The notes beneath the pieces were generated by a model. The model saw nothing but the letters and a program-made list of their open reading frames with translations, did not search any database and had not been told where the DNA came from. Positions 30,178 to 39,081 of a DNA stretch of 64,000 bases are shown here, piece by piece; position 1 is the first letter of the stretch, and the number at the start of each line of letters is the position of its first letter. The DNA lies in the NCBI GenBank assembly GCA_049602075.1, contig JBMYRF010000020.1, forward strand, positions 68,240 to 132,239. The letters are read 5' to 3'. The DNA comes from Rubripirellula sp. Its GTDB lineage: Bacteria > Planctomycetota > Planctomycetia > Pirellulales > Pirellulaceae. The position numbers and the translations under genes were made by a program.

Positions 30178-30621
30178 GAGCACGCGTTCCAAAGGATCTC
30201 GACATTGGCGATTGTCGTTCTACAAAGGGACGAAGAATGCCCCAAAGCAGAGGTCGTCTTCGCAGTGGGTGCAACTTGATTACCTTCGCAAAAATCGAGT
30301 GATTCACGCACCTTGCGGTCAGTTTTTTCATGCCTTTGAAATGCCCTTTGAATGAGCATTCTAACGGAGACAGCCCTCTTTATCTTCTCTAATCCCCAGC
30401 GGCATGCTGATTGAAGAGGTCTAAATTGCCGAGCAAAAAGTGACTCAGGCGGGAGTCGCCTACTCCACAAGTTCTTCAGGAGCTACTGTTTCCATCGGTT
30501 TTGACTAATCCAAACTCGCGTATGCGGCGATAACTAACCCTAGCGAGAGGTGCATAATCTGCATCTTCCGCAAGATTAGCATGACTAAACACCGAATGCC
30601 GTTGTAGCCAAGGGGGGCCAA

Positions 30622-31536
30622 ATGGCGATTCGTCGATCCAGTGCGAACCTCGCACCAGACCATCGAAACAAAATGCCGGAACGTGAAGTGGGAGAAGAAA
30701 ACCCACGTCCACGGAGACGGAAGCGACGAAAACTGATTCGCCGGATCATCGCGATTGCCTGCTTGGGGGTTCTCGTCGGCGACACAACTGGGTGCACGCT
30801 CACTCGCGGAACCGTTAATGCACTTCGGAATTCTGATTGCGTTGACGAATTCATGATTGGTTATCGAAACCGTGCGATGGCAGAGAAGGCATGGCATTGC
30901 CGCAAGCACCGCTTTGGCAATCAGCCTTACGGGCATGAGTACAAGGAAGGGTTCATTGACGGATATGTCGAAATCGCAGGGGGCGGGTTAGGGTGCTGCC
31001 CGACCCTCGCTCCTTCCCGATACTGGGGCTGGAAATACCAGTCGGCAACCGGGCTTCAAGCGGTGAACGCTTGGTTCGAGGGTTATCCGATGGGTGTCCA
31101 GGCGGCCGAGCAGGATGGCATTGGCAACTGGGGGCGAATCCAAACGATGGGCGTTCCCACTGCGGGCGGCATCGGTGGATCTTGTAACAGCTGCGGGAGC
31201 GGCGTTATTGATGCACTGAATAACATGCCGGAGATGATTCCAGCGGAGATGCCGCAGGGCATTGTCGAGCCAGGCGTCGTCGATCCGGGTGGAGCGAAGA
31301 TCGAAATGGTCATCCCGCCAACGCCGGATGCCGCATTAAACGAACCTGCAAGACGGGTTAATGAGTCGACTGAACCGGAGTTCATTGCGAGTCGTTATTT
31401 ATCGCTTGATGCTGGGCTCATTGACACCCAGTCGACGGATCTTGAATCCGCGTCTGTGGCAGGATCGAACGCCAGTGAGTTGCAGTTGCTTCCGTCCGCA
31501 CCGGCCAGCGATGAACTGCCATTTACGTTCGAATGA
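30622..31536 (+). CDS. Hypothetical exported protein (probable lipoprotein) upstream of the polysaccharide export gene
   Basis: 304 aa. Basic stretch, hydrophobic segment ending TTG-C, GFIDGY...PSRYW...WFEGY motif, acidic tail. Start uncertain. Confidence 0.75.
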   Translation: MAIRRSSANLAPDHRNKMPEREVGEENPRPRRRKRRKLIRRIIAIACLGVLVGDTTGCTLTRGTVNALRNSDCVDEFMIGYRNRAMAEKAWHCRKHRFGNQPYGHEYKEGFIDGYVEIAGGGLGCCPTLAPSRYWGWKYQSATGLQAVNAWFEGYPMGVQAAEQDGIGNWGRIQTMGVPTAGGIGGSCNSCGSGVIDALNNMPEMIPAEMPQGIVEPGVVDPGGAKIEMVIPPTPDAALNEPARRVNESTEPEFIASRYLSLDAGLIDTQSTDLESASVAGSNASELQLLPSAPASDELPFTFE

Positions 31537-31611
31537 TTGTGGTGGCCGGCTTACGAGTCGGACTGCCAACTTAAACCAGTTGTTATTGGGTTTTAGGAAG
31601 AGAGTTCAGGG

Positions 31612-33006
31612 ATGAGAACGAGACTTTCAACCGGCAGGCGTGTGATTCGTAAGTTACGAGTCGTCGTCACTACGATCGCCGCGGGCGTTGTTGTCAGCAG
31701 CCTGACTGGTTGCACGGCAATTACACAGCCAATTGACGGGATTCCGGCAAGCCGTTTGCCTCAGGAGTTTTTGGCTGAGCCGAAAAACGATTTGGTTCCC
31801 GTCGATATTGGTGTACTCGCGATCGATCAACCGCGAGAATACGCACTCGGCCCCGGAGATATCGTGGGCGTTTATATCGAGGGAGTGTTGCCATTCAATC
31901 CGCCAGAAAATGTTCCGCAACCACCGCCCATCAACTTCCCAGATGCTCAAAGCCCGTTACCGCCATCGATTGGATATCCCATCGCAGTGATGGATGATGG
32001 AACGCTTTCGCTGCCTTTGTTAGAGCCGATGCCTGTCTCAGGGCTGACACTCGAACAGGTGCGTGACGTAATTCGCGAAGCATACATCGAGGCTGAAGTT
32101 TTGCGACCGGAGAAAGCCCGCCCGATCGTTACGATCATCCAGGAACGTACCTACAACGTCATCGTCGTGCGAGAAGGTGGTGGTGGTAGTGGTCGTGGTG
32201 GTGGTGGTGGTGGTGGTGGTGAAGTAGCTCGTGGCAATGATCAAAGCCTCAATGGGGGCTTGGTCAAGCTGAAAGCGTATCAAAATGACGTGCTTCACGC
32301 GCTGATGGAGACGGGTGGTCTCCCCGGTCTTGGATCTAAGAATCAGGTGAAAATTCTCCGCGCTAACGAGGCAGATCGCCTTAAGCGGGAGCAGTTCCTG
32401 CGAGAGTTTTACGACCAGCAAAAGGCGGTCATGTTAGACCCCTGCGCTTGTCTTCCGGACTTGCCGGATGATCCGTCCGTCTTGACGATACCTCTGCGAG
32501 TGAAGCCAGGCGTGATCCCGAGCATCTCGGATGATGATGTTCGGTTGCAGGACGGTGATATCGTCTACGTTGAATCTCGCGAGACCGAGGTTTATTACAC
32601 GGGCGGGTTGCTGCCCGGTGGTGAACAGACATTGCCTCGAGATTATGATCTCGATGTACTGGGAGCGATGGCGTTGGCGGGTCAGGGAATTTATAACGAC
32701 GCAGCCGGTGGCGGTGGCGGTGGCCGTGGCCGTGGAGGAATGGGCATGGGCATGATGGCCTCGGGGACCCGCGTTCCACCTGGAGTCCTTTACATCCTCC
32801 GAAAGACTTCTTGCAACGAACAGATCGCGATCGAAGTCGACCTCGCGAAGGCGATGAATGACCCTCGAGCAAGGCCCCTCGTGCAGCCGGGTGATTACTT
32901 GATCCTGCAGTACAAGTGCGAAGAAGAATTGTCGAACTTTGCGATTCAGACGTTCTTCACCTTCGGGGTCGCAGAATTGCTAGGCGGTGGACGTAATCGC
33001 TTCTAG
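31612..33006 (+). CDS. Polysaccharide biosynthesis/export family lipoprotein (Wza/KpsD-like, Poly_export + SLBB)
   Basis: Lipobox LTG-C, YALGPGDIVGVYIEG, DGTLSLPLL...VSGLTLEQV, LQDGDIVYV, VQPGDYLIL. Confidence 0.85.
   Translation: MRTRLSTGRRVIRKLRVVVTTIAAGVVVSSLTGCTAITQPIDGIPASRLPQEFLAEPKNDLVPVDIGVLAIDQPREYALGPGDIVGVYIEGVLPFNPPENVPQPPPINFPDAQSPLPPSIGYPIAVMDDGTLSLPLLEPMPVSGLTLEQVRDVIREAYIEAEVLRPEKARPIVTIIQERTYNVIVVREGGGGSGRGGGGGGGGEVARGNDQSLNGGLVKLKAYQNDVLHALMETGGLPGLGSKNQVKILRANEADRLKREQFLREFYDQQKAVMLDPCACLPDLPDDPSVLTIPLRVKPGVIPSISDDDVRLQDGDIVYVESRETEVYYTGGLLPGGEQTLPRDYDLDVLGAMALAGQGIYNDAAGGGGGGRGRGGMGMGMMASGTRVPPGVLYILRKTSCNEQIAIEVDLAKAMNDPRARPLVQPGDYLILQYKCEEELSNFAIQTFFTFGVAELLGGGRNRF
32176..32220 (+). 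repeat. (GGT)n microsatellite encoding a poly-Gly linker
   Basis: About 15 GGT-like triplets in frame within the export gene. Confidence 0.85.
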
Positions 33007-33035
33007 GTAATGTCCTGAACGTCAGTGTATCTCTG

Positions 33036-33070
33036 ACCACGCCGCGGTTCGCCGCGGCGTGGTTTTTTTT
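33036..33070 (+). terminator. Rho-independent terminator
   Basis: ACCACGCCGCGG-TTCG-CCGCGGCGTGGT perfect 12-bp stem followed by a T-run, 30 nt after the stop at 33006. Confidence 0.93.
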
Positions 33071-33625
33071 GCGAGTGTTCGCTTCTGAATGTTAATCTTT
33101 ATCATTCATGCCGCTTACTTGTTGGTTGTGGATGGACGCCTGAGCGGTTCGTGACTTGACTCGCAGAAGACATCCTCCAGGAGGATGCCTGAAAGGAACA
33201 TAAGCAGCATGCTTATGGAAACGAGTTTCGAAAAACGAACGCGGAAAAAAGCTGGTTTCGCTTTGCGATCTGGAAATCTTTCGCGAAGAGCATCACTTCG
33301 CCGTGGTTGCGAGAGTGCTTGTAAGAATCCGAATCGAATAACGTCGTCGAAATCACTTGCTAGACGTTGTCACTCCATAAAAAAACGAGAGATCCCGGCC
33401 ACGACGATTGCGAAACTCATTTTCACGCTCGATCTAAGAATCTCTCGTTAGGAGAGTTGTAGAGAGTTCTTTTTGCGAGTCAATAGCGACCGGTACGCTT
33501 ACCAAGACTTTTCTTTCTCTCGAGAAGCCTGATTTGCGGATTGACTGACGGTCAACGTGTGTACCGATTATGTTGAAACAGCGTTTTAAAAATCTCTTTT
33601 ACCAGTGCGTATTCGGCGACCTCCC

Positions 33626-35077
33626 ATGTCGGCGGTAACGATGAATCATCTACTTCAACCAGAGCCGCATCATCACTATTACTTTGTCACGGGGCGGTTG
33701 GCCGAAGCATCCGTACGACAAATCGTGGCTGAACTCGCCGAGCGATACCATTTCGCTTACTCGATCGGTGTCATGCCGATCACTGTTGCTGCGCTGATGA
33801 CACCACGCTGGCTGCGGCGACATCTGGAAATACCCGAAGAAGCAACACACGTCATCGTGCCGGGATATTGTGATAGCGATCAAACTCTACTGTCCGAATT
33901 CACAGAAAAGCCAGTCTTTTACGGTCCAAAAGACTGCAGGCAGTTGCCCGAAATGTTTGGTGACAAGTCGATTGATCCCGATTTAAGCCAGTATCGCATC
34001 GAAATTTTGGCAGAGATCAATCATGTTCCAAGGTACTCCATTGAAGAGGTCGTCAGGGTTGCCAAAAAGTTAATCGAAGATGGCGCAAGTATCATCGATC
34101 TTGGGTGTGACCCGGCCTCTCCATGCGCTGAAATCGGTGACTACGTTGCCGCTTTGATTGACAACGGAATTCCTCGAGTTTCGATCGATACATTTGACCC
34201 GCGCGAGGCGCAGAGAGCGATTGATCGGGGCGCGACTTTGGTTCTGTCGGTGAATTCAGCGAACCGAATTCAAGCCGTCGACTGGGGGTGTGAAGTGGTT
34301 GCCATTCCCGATAGCCCAGGTGATAAAAAAAGTTTTCAAGAAACCGTCGAATTTTTGGCTACACATAAAATTCCGACGAGGTTGGACCCCATTCTGGAAC
34401 CAATCGGTGCCGGCTTGGTGAACAGTGTGATTCGGTATGCAGAAACCAGAAATGATTTTCCTGATCACGCGATGATGATGGGGATTGGAAACCTAACGGA
34501 GCTGAGCGATGTTGATTCGGCTGGCATCAATTTGTTGCTGTTGGGCATCTGCGAAGAACTTCGGATCGAAAGTGTCCTCACGACTCAGGTGATCAACTGG
34601 GCCCGTACATCGGTTCGCGAATGCGATCTGGCCAGGCGGCTGGTTCATTACAGCGTTGCCCACGGTGTGCCCCCTAAGCGGTTGTCTGATCAGTTGGTGA
34701 TGCTTCGCGATGCGAAATTGCGGCCGTTTCCGCCCGAGGCTCTTGATTCGATGGCGGAATCGTTAAAGGACAATAATTACCGTTTGTTCGCGCAAGACAA
34801 TCAAATCCATTTGCTGGCGGCTAAGTTGCACCTGCAGCATGCAGATCCTTTTTTTCTGTTCGAGCAATTGCTACAGCAACCGTGCGCTGAGAATGTTGAT
34901 GCGGGGCATGCGTTTTATCTCGGGTTTGAAATGGCCAAAGCATCGATTGCCCTGCTGCTGGGAAAGCAATACGAGCAAGACCAAGCATTGCAGTGGGGGC
35001 AGTTGACGCAACAGGAAGATCTTCATCGTCTGCAGCGAAGCCGCAAATTACGTCGCTCCCCCAAATCGCAAGAGTGA
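33626..35077 (+). CDS. Dihydropteroate-synthase-related pterin-binding protein (DUF6513/DUF4346; methanopterin-pathway Orf20-like)
   Basis: N-terminal YYFVTGRLAE, pterin-binding barrel motifs (LAEI, IIDLGC, VSIDT, LDPILEP, MMMGIGNLTELSDVDS), C-terminal HAFYLGFEMAKA...YEQD. Confidence 0.8.
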   Translation: MSAVTMNHLLQPEPHHHYYFVTGRLAEASVRQIVAELAERYHFAYSIGVMPITVAALMTPRWLRRHLEIPEEATHVIVPGYCDSDQTLLSEFTEKPVFYGPKDCRQLPEMFGDKSIDPDLSQYRIEILAEINHVPRYSIEEVVRVAKKLIEDGASIIDLGCDPASPCAEIGDYVAALIDNGIPRVSIDTFDPREAQRAIDRGATLVLSVNSANRIQAVDWGCEVVAIPDSPGDKKSFQETVEFLATHKIPTRLDPILEPIGAGLVNSVIRYAETRNDFPDHAMMMGIGNLTELSDVDSAGINLLLLGICEELRIESVLTTQVINWARTSVRECDLARRLVHYSVAHGVPPKRLSDQLVMLRDAKLRPFPPEALDSMAESLKDNNYRLFAQDNQIHLLAAKLHLQHADPFFLFEQLLQQPCAENVDAGHAFYLGFEMAKASIALLLGKQYEQDQALQWGQLTQQEDLHRLQRSRKLRRSPKSQE

Positions 35078-35536
35078 GGCAGGGTGATGTGATCACGTTC
35101 TTGCGGTTTCTGGTGCGTGCTCACGAGCCGCAGCCACCGATTAAAAGTGGTGCCGCTTTTGAAAAAATGGGGCTGCTGCTTTGTCTCGGACGCTTTTCCA
35201 CAGGTGTTTTTCCGATTCTGAGCTTGCGTTGAATGTGACTGTCGGTGCTCGCGCCACGTATCGCATCACGCTCCATCTGGTCTACATCCGTACCGCTCTG
35301 AACGACGGTTTCCGAATCGTAGAAGCCTATCTGCGGTCGATATTCACGGCAGAGTCGATGGGCGAGTTTGATCCATCTCGCACGTTCTTCTTCGAATGCC
35401 TGTCTCTTAGGAAACGAACGTCTGCATTAGAGTCACCTTGTGACTGTGCTTCGGTAACAGTCGCTAGACACCGAAGCTAACAGAAAATCGGTAGACTGTT
35501 CTTTGTTGGAGCATGCATCTAGTTCGGGAAAACACT

Positions 35537-37489
35537 ATGGATCACCCTCGCCGTATTTTTACATTGTCGATAATTTTGGTTTGCCTCGGCTTTTACGGCC
35601 TGTCGAGTCCCTTGGCCGACGAGCCGACAGGCGAGGGCAAGCCGGCGTATACCAATCGTTTAGCGAAGGAATCGAGTCCGTACTTGCTTCAACACGCCCA
35701 CAATCCTGTGGATTGGTATCCATGGGGTGAAGAAGCGTTCGCAAAGGCTCGTCGAGAAGGCAAGTTGGTTTTCTTGTCGGTGGGTTATGCAGCTTGCCAT
35801 TGGTGCCATGTGATGGAACGTGAGTCGTTTATGGATGAAGAAATTGCCAACGTCATGAACGAGAAATTCGTCTGCATTAAGGTCGATCGTGAAGAGCGAC
35901 CGGACGTTGACCAAATCTACATGACGGCGGTGCAACTTATCAGCGGCCAAGGAGGTTGGCCGATGTCTGTGTTCTTGCTGCCAGACGGAAGGCCTTTTTG
36001 GGGCGGCACCTATTTTCCCGCTCGCGATGGGGATCGTGGTGCCTCCACTGGATTCATGTCGGTGCTCAATCAAATTGAACAAGTTTGGGAAAATCAGCGT
36101 GACAAAGTGACCCAGCAAGCTGACACACTGACTTCCGCGATCAAGTCGTCACAAACACCTAAGGCCGAGGTAGATCGAGGCGATGTTCTTGGTCCCGAGT
36201 TGGTGTTGGCGACGATGGCATCTTTGTTCGAGCAGTACGATCCGGTGCATGGTGGATTTGGCGTAGCTCCTGGTCGGCCGAAGTTTCCTGAAGCTTCTAA
36301 TCTGATTTTTTTGTTGGATCGCGCTCGCCGTGAATCTGTGGGTGAAGAAAAACGTGCCTCCGCGTTAATGATGCTCACCAAGACATTGGATGGGATGATT
36401 AGTGGAGCGATGTACGATCACTTGGGCGGCGGATTTCACCGATACAGTGTCGATCAGAAATGGCAGATTCCGCATTTCGAAAAGATGCTTTACGACAATG
36501 GACAGTTGATGTCCATCTACGCGGAGGCCTTTGCTGAAACCCAGCGTGCTGAGTACCGGCATGTTGTCGAAGGAATTGGCGACTTTGTGATTCGCGAACT
36601 CCGCGCGCCCGGCGGCGGATTTTATAGTGCGCTCGATGCTGACAGCGAGGGGGAAGAAGGCAAGTTCTACCGTTGGACCGCTGCGGAAATTGCGGGTCTG
36701 AAGAGTGAACTGGGATTTGAGTTGGCGAGTGACGTTTTTCATCTCCAAGGGCCACCCAATTTTGAAGGAAAGTTCTACGCACCCGACCCCCGGGAAACTC
36801 TTACCGCGGCGGCGCAGCAGCGTGAACTTGATTTTGAAACGTTGGCCAACCGTCTAAAGCCGATTCGAACCAAGATGTTTGAAATTCGCAGTGGACGGGA
36901 GCGGCCCATCACAGACGTCAAGATTCTGACTGCTTGGAATGGCTTGATGGTTCAGGGGTTCGCCGATGCCGGAAGGATTCTGAATCGGCCCGATTACATT
37001 AAAGCAGCAACGCAGGCTGCTGATTTCTTGTTGGCCCAACTTCGCCAAGAGGATGGGCGAGTGTTGAGATCGTTTGCCGCCGGAGAGGCAAAGCTGAATG
37101 GGTATGTGGATGATTATGCGTTTCTCGCGCGAGGCTTGCAGGCATTGCATCAGGCGACAGGGGAATATCGCTGGTTGAACCACACCAGGGAAATCACCGA
37201 CCAACAGCTCAAGCGATTCTGGGATGAAGATGCGAGCGGTTTCTTTTTCACATCCAGCGATCATCCCGAACTGATCGTGCGGGTCAAAGATCCGGCCGAT
37301 GGTGCGATCCCCGCCGGCAACAGTGTATCGCTGGAAAACCTTCGCTATCTTGCTAAACAGACCGGTGAAGCGAAATATCGGGATGTCTATGAACAAACCC
37401 TTCAATCGCTTGTACCGCTGTTGAAGAAGGCGCCCTCAGCGGCACCCCGCGCGACGGCCGAGTTGGCCCACTACTTTGACCAGCAGTGA
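35537..37489 (+). CDS. Thioredoxin-domain protein, YyaL/SPATA20 (DUF255) family, with signal peptide
   Basis: [64 protein letters not shown]. Confidence 0.93.
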   Translation: MDHPRRIFTLSIILVCLGFYGLSSPLADEPTGEGKPAYTNRLAKESSPYLLQHAHNPVDWYPWGEEAFAKARREGKLVFLSVGYAACHWCHVMERESFMDEEIANVMNEKFVCIKVDREERPDVDQIYMTAVQLISGQGGWPMSVFLLPDGRPFWGGTYFPARDGDRGASTGFMSVLNQIEQVWENQRDKVTQQADTLTSAIKSSQTPKAEVDRGDVLGPELVLATMASLFEQYDPVHGGFGVAPGRPKFPEASNLIFLLDRARRESVGEEKRASALMMLTKTLDGMISGAMYDHLGGGFHRYSVDQKWQIPHFEKMLYDNGQLMSIYAEAFAETQRAEYRHVVEGIGDFVIRELRAPGGGFYSALDADSEGEEGKFYRWTAAEIAGLKSELGFELASDVFHLQGPPNFEGKFYAPDPRETLTAAAQQRELDFETLANRLKPIRTKMFEIRSGRERPITDVKILTAWNGLMVQGFADAGRILNRPDYIKAATQAADFLLAQLRQEDGRVLRSFAAGEAKLNGYVDDYAFLARGLQALHQATGEYRWLNHTREITDQQLKRFWDEDASGFFFTSSDHPELIVRVKDPADGAIPAGNSVSLENLRYLAKQTGEAKYRDVYEQTLQSLVPLLKKAPSAAPRATAELAHYFDQQ

Positions 37490-37622
37490 AAGTGAGTTTG
37501 CTCGGCTCGATGCTAAGGCAGCAAACGCCAATGTATGATGCCGAGAAAATCATGATGTTGAGCAAGAGCGGGGAATGACAAGTTAATTTCGATGCGAGAT
37601 CCTGGTTGAGTCTCGCGTCCGT

Positions 37623-38420
37623 TTAAAACTTGTGTCCTTGCCGTGGACCACCCTTGGTGAGGGTGAGGATCTCGGGGCCATCCTCTGTCATCAAAATTGA
37701 ATGCTCGAACTGAGCTGAAGCAGCACCATCCTTGGTTCGCACCGTCCAGCCGTCGGATTTGTCGCTACGGGTGTACCGGCTTCCCGCGTTAATCATTGGT
37801 TCCACAGTGAAGCACATCCCGGGATAGAGCCGGTCGATGCGGCTTTGCCGATTCGGAAAATGCGGTACCGAGGGGTCAAGGTGAAATTGCCGCCCCAATC
37901 CGTGTCCGACATACTCCCGGACGACGGTGAAGCCGCGTCCATGAGCCTCAGGCACAACTGTTTCTCCAATCTTGCTGACGCTGCAACCAGGACTCAACGC
38001 GTCAATTGCAAGATACAGACAATCAAAGGCACACTGGGTCACTGCCCGTTTATCCTCTGAAACCTCGCCGATTAAAAAGGTTTCGCTCTGATCACCATGC
38101 CAGCCGTCGACCACTGTCGTGATATCAACGTTAACGATATCGCCATCTTTTAATCGATAGTTGTCCGGGATCCCGTGACAAATCACGTCGTTGATGCTCG
38201 TGCAGCAACTCTTCGGGTAGTTTTGGTACCCCAAAGTGGCGGGCCTGTATCCCTGGTCGATGGTCCAGCGATGCACGAGCTCGTCAATCTCGCCGGTGCT
38301 GATGCCAGCTTTGACATGGGGACGAACATAGTCCATTAACTCTGCATTTGCCTGGCCAGCTCGACGCATCGCATCTTGCTGGGCCTCGGACAAAATGAGT
38401 TTCTTTTGCTTCGTCAGCAT
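37623..38420 (-). CDS. map: Methionine aminopeptidase type I
   Basis: KSCCTSINDVICHGIP, DGDIVNVD, GWHGD, GHGLG, FTVEPMIN, AQFEHSIL. ATG at 38420. Confidence 0.96.
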   Translation of the reverse strand: MLTKQKKLILSEAQQDAMRRAGQANAELMDYVRPHVKAGISTGEIDELVHRWTIDQGYRPATLGYQNYPKSCCTSINDVICHGIPDNYRLKDGDIVNVDITTVVDGWHGDQSETFLIGEVSEDKRAVTQCAFDCLYLAIDALSPGCSVSKIGETVVPEAHGRGFTVVREYVGHGLGRQFHLDPSVPHFPNRQSRIDRLYPGMCFTVEPMINAGSRYTRSDKSDGWTVRTKDGAASAQFEHSILMTEDGPEILTLTKGGPRQGHKF

Positions 38421-39081
38421 GATTTTTTTTAATAGCAACCGAAGGAAATCGTCGCACTGAGCTCAAGCGCGAAATAGGTCTCAGCCTCCCCGGCAAGCCA
38501 GGGCATTAAAGCGATCGGATCATCCTGCGGCATTCTAGCAGAGGAGAAAAATGAGAACGCCTACAAAAAGATGGTACCAATGCCAGCATCGGGAGGGTAG
38601 CTGCGTTCGCGCCGATTGGTTAGCCGTTAGGTCATAAGGTCCCAATTTGGCTTGATTTATCGCCACCCTCAATCAGGCTTCGTGCCCAAATTCTTCGGAG
38701 TAACAATGCCACTGTGAGCCTTGCAGAAGGCACGCCGCACTCCTTTTAATTTGCATGCAGGGGATCTTCCGAGACCGGGATCGGTTCGCCGAAGTAATAA
38801 AGTGCTGAAACTTTGGCCATCGCGGGCCAGTAATAAGGGGGACGCAGGGCGGCCTGCCAGGGCAGCTGAGGGCAGCAGCTGAGGGCGAATGGGTGATTCG
38901 GGCAAAAGGAAAGTGACGAAACAGGCAGAAACTAGCGACGGCGTGAGGGGTTACAAGTTTTGCAGCGACCTCTGCGCCCGCCGAAGAGCCATACCGGCCG
39001 GTTTTGTGATCGGTTTGTAGCGATTCGGTAATTACTATGGCGAACTGGTATACAGCATTCAATTTCGACGCGGTTCTCAGC

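Noticed and set aside
30178-30621. ops/JUMPstart element upstream of the NusG paralog
   Set aside because: No GGCGGTAG match seen on the coding strand.
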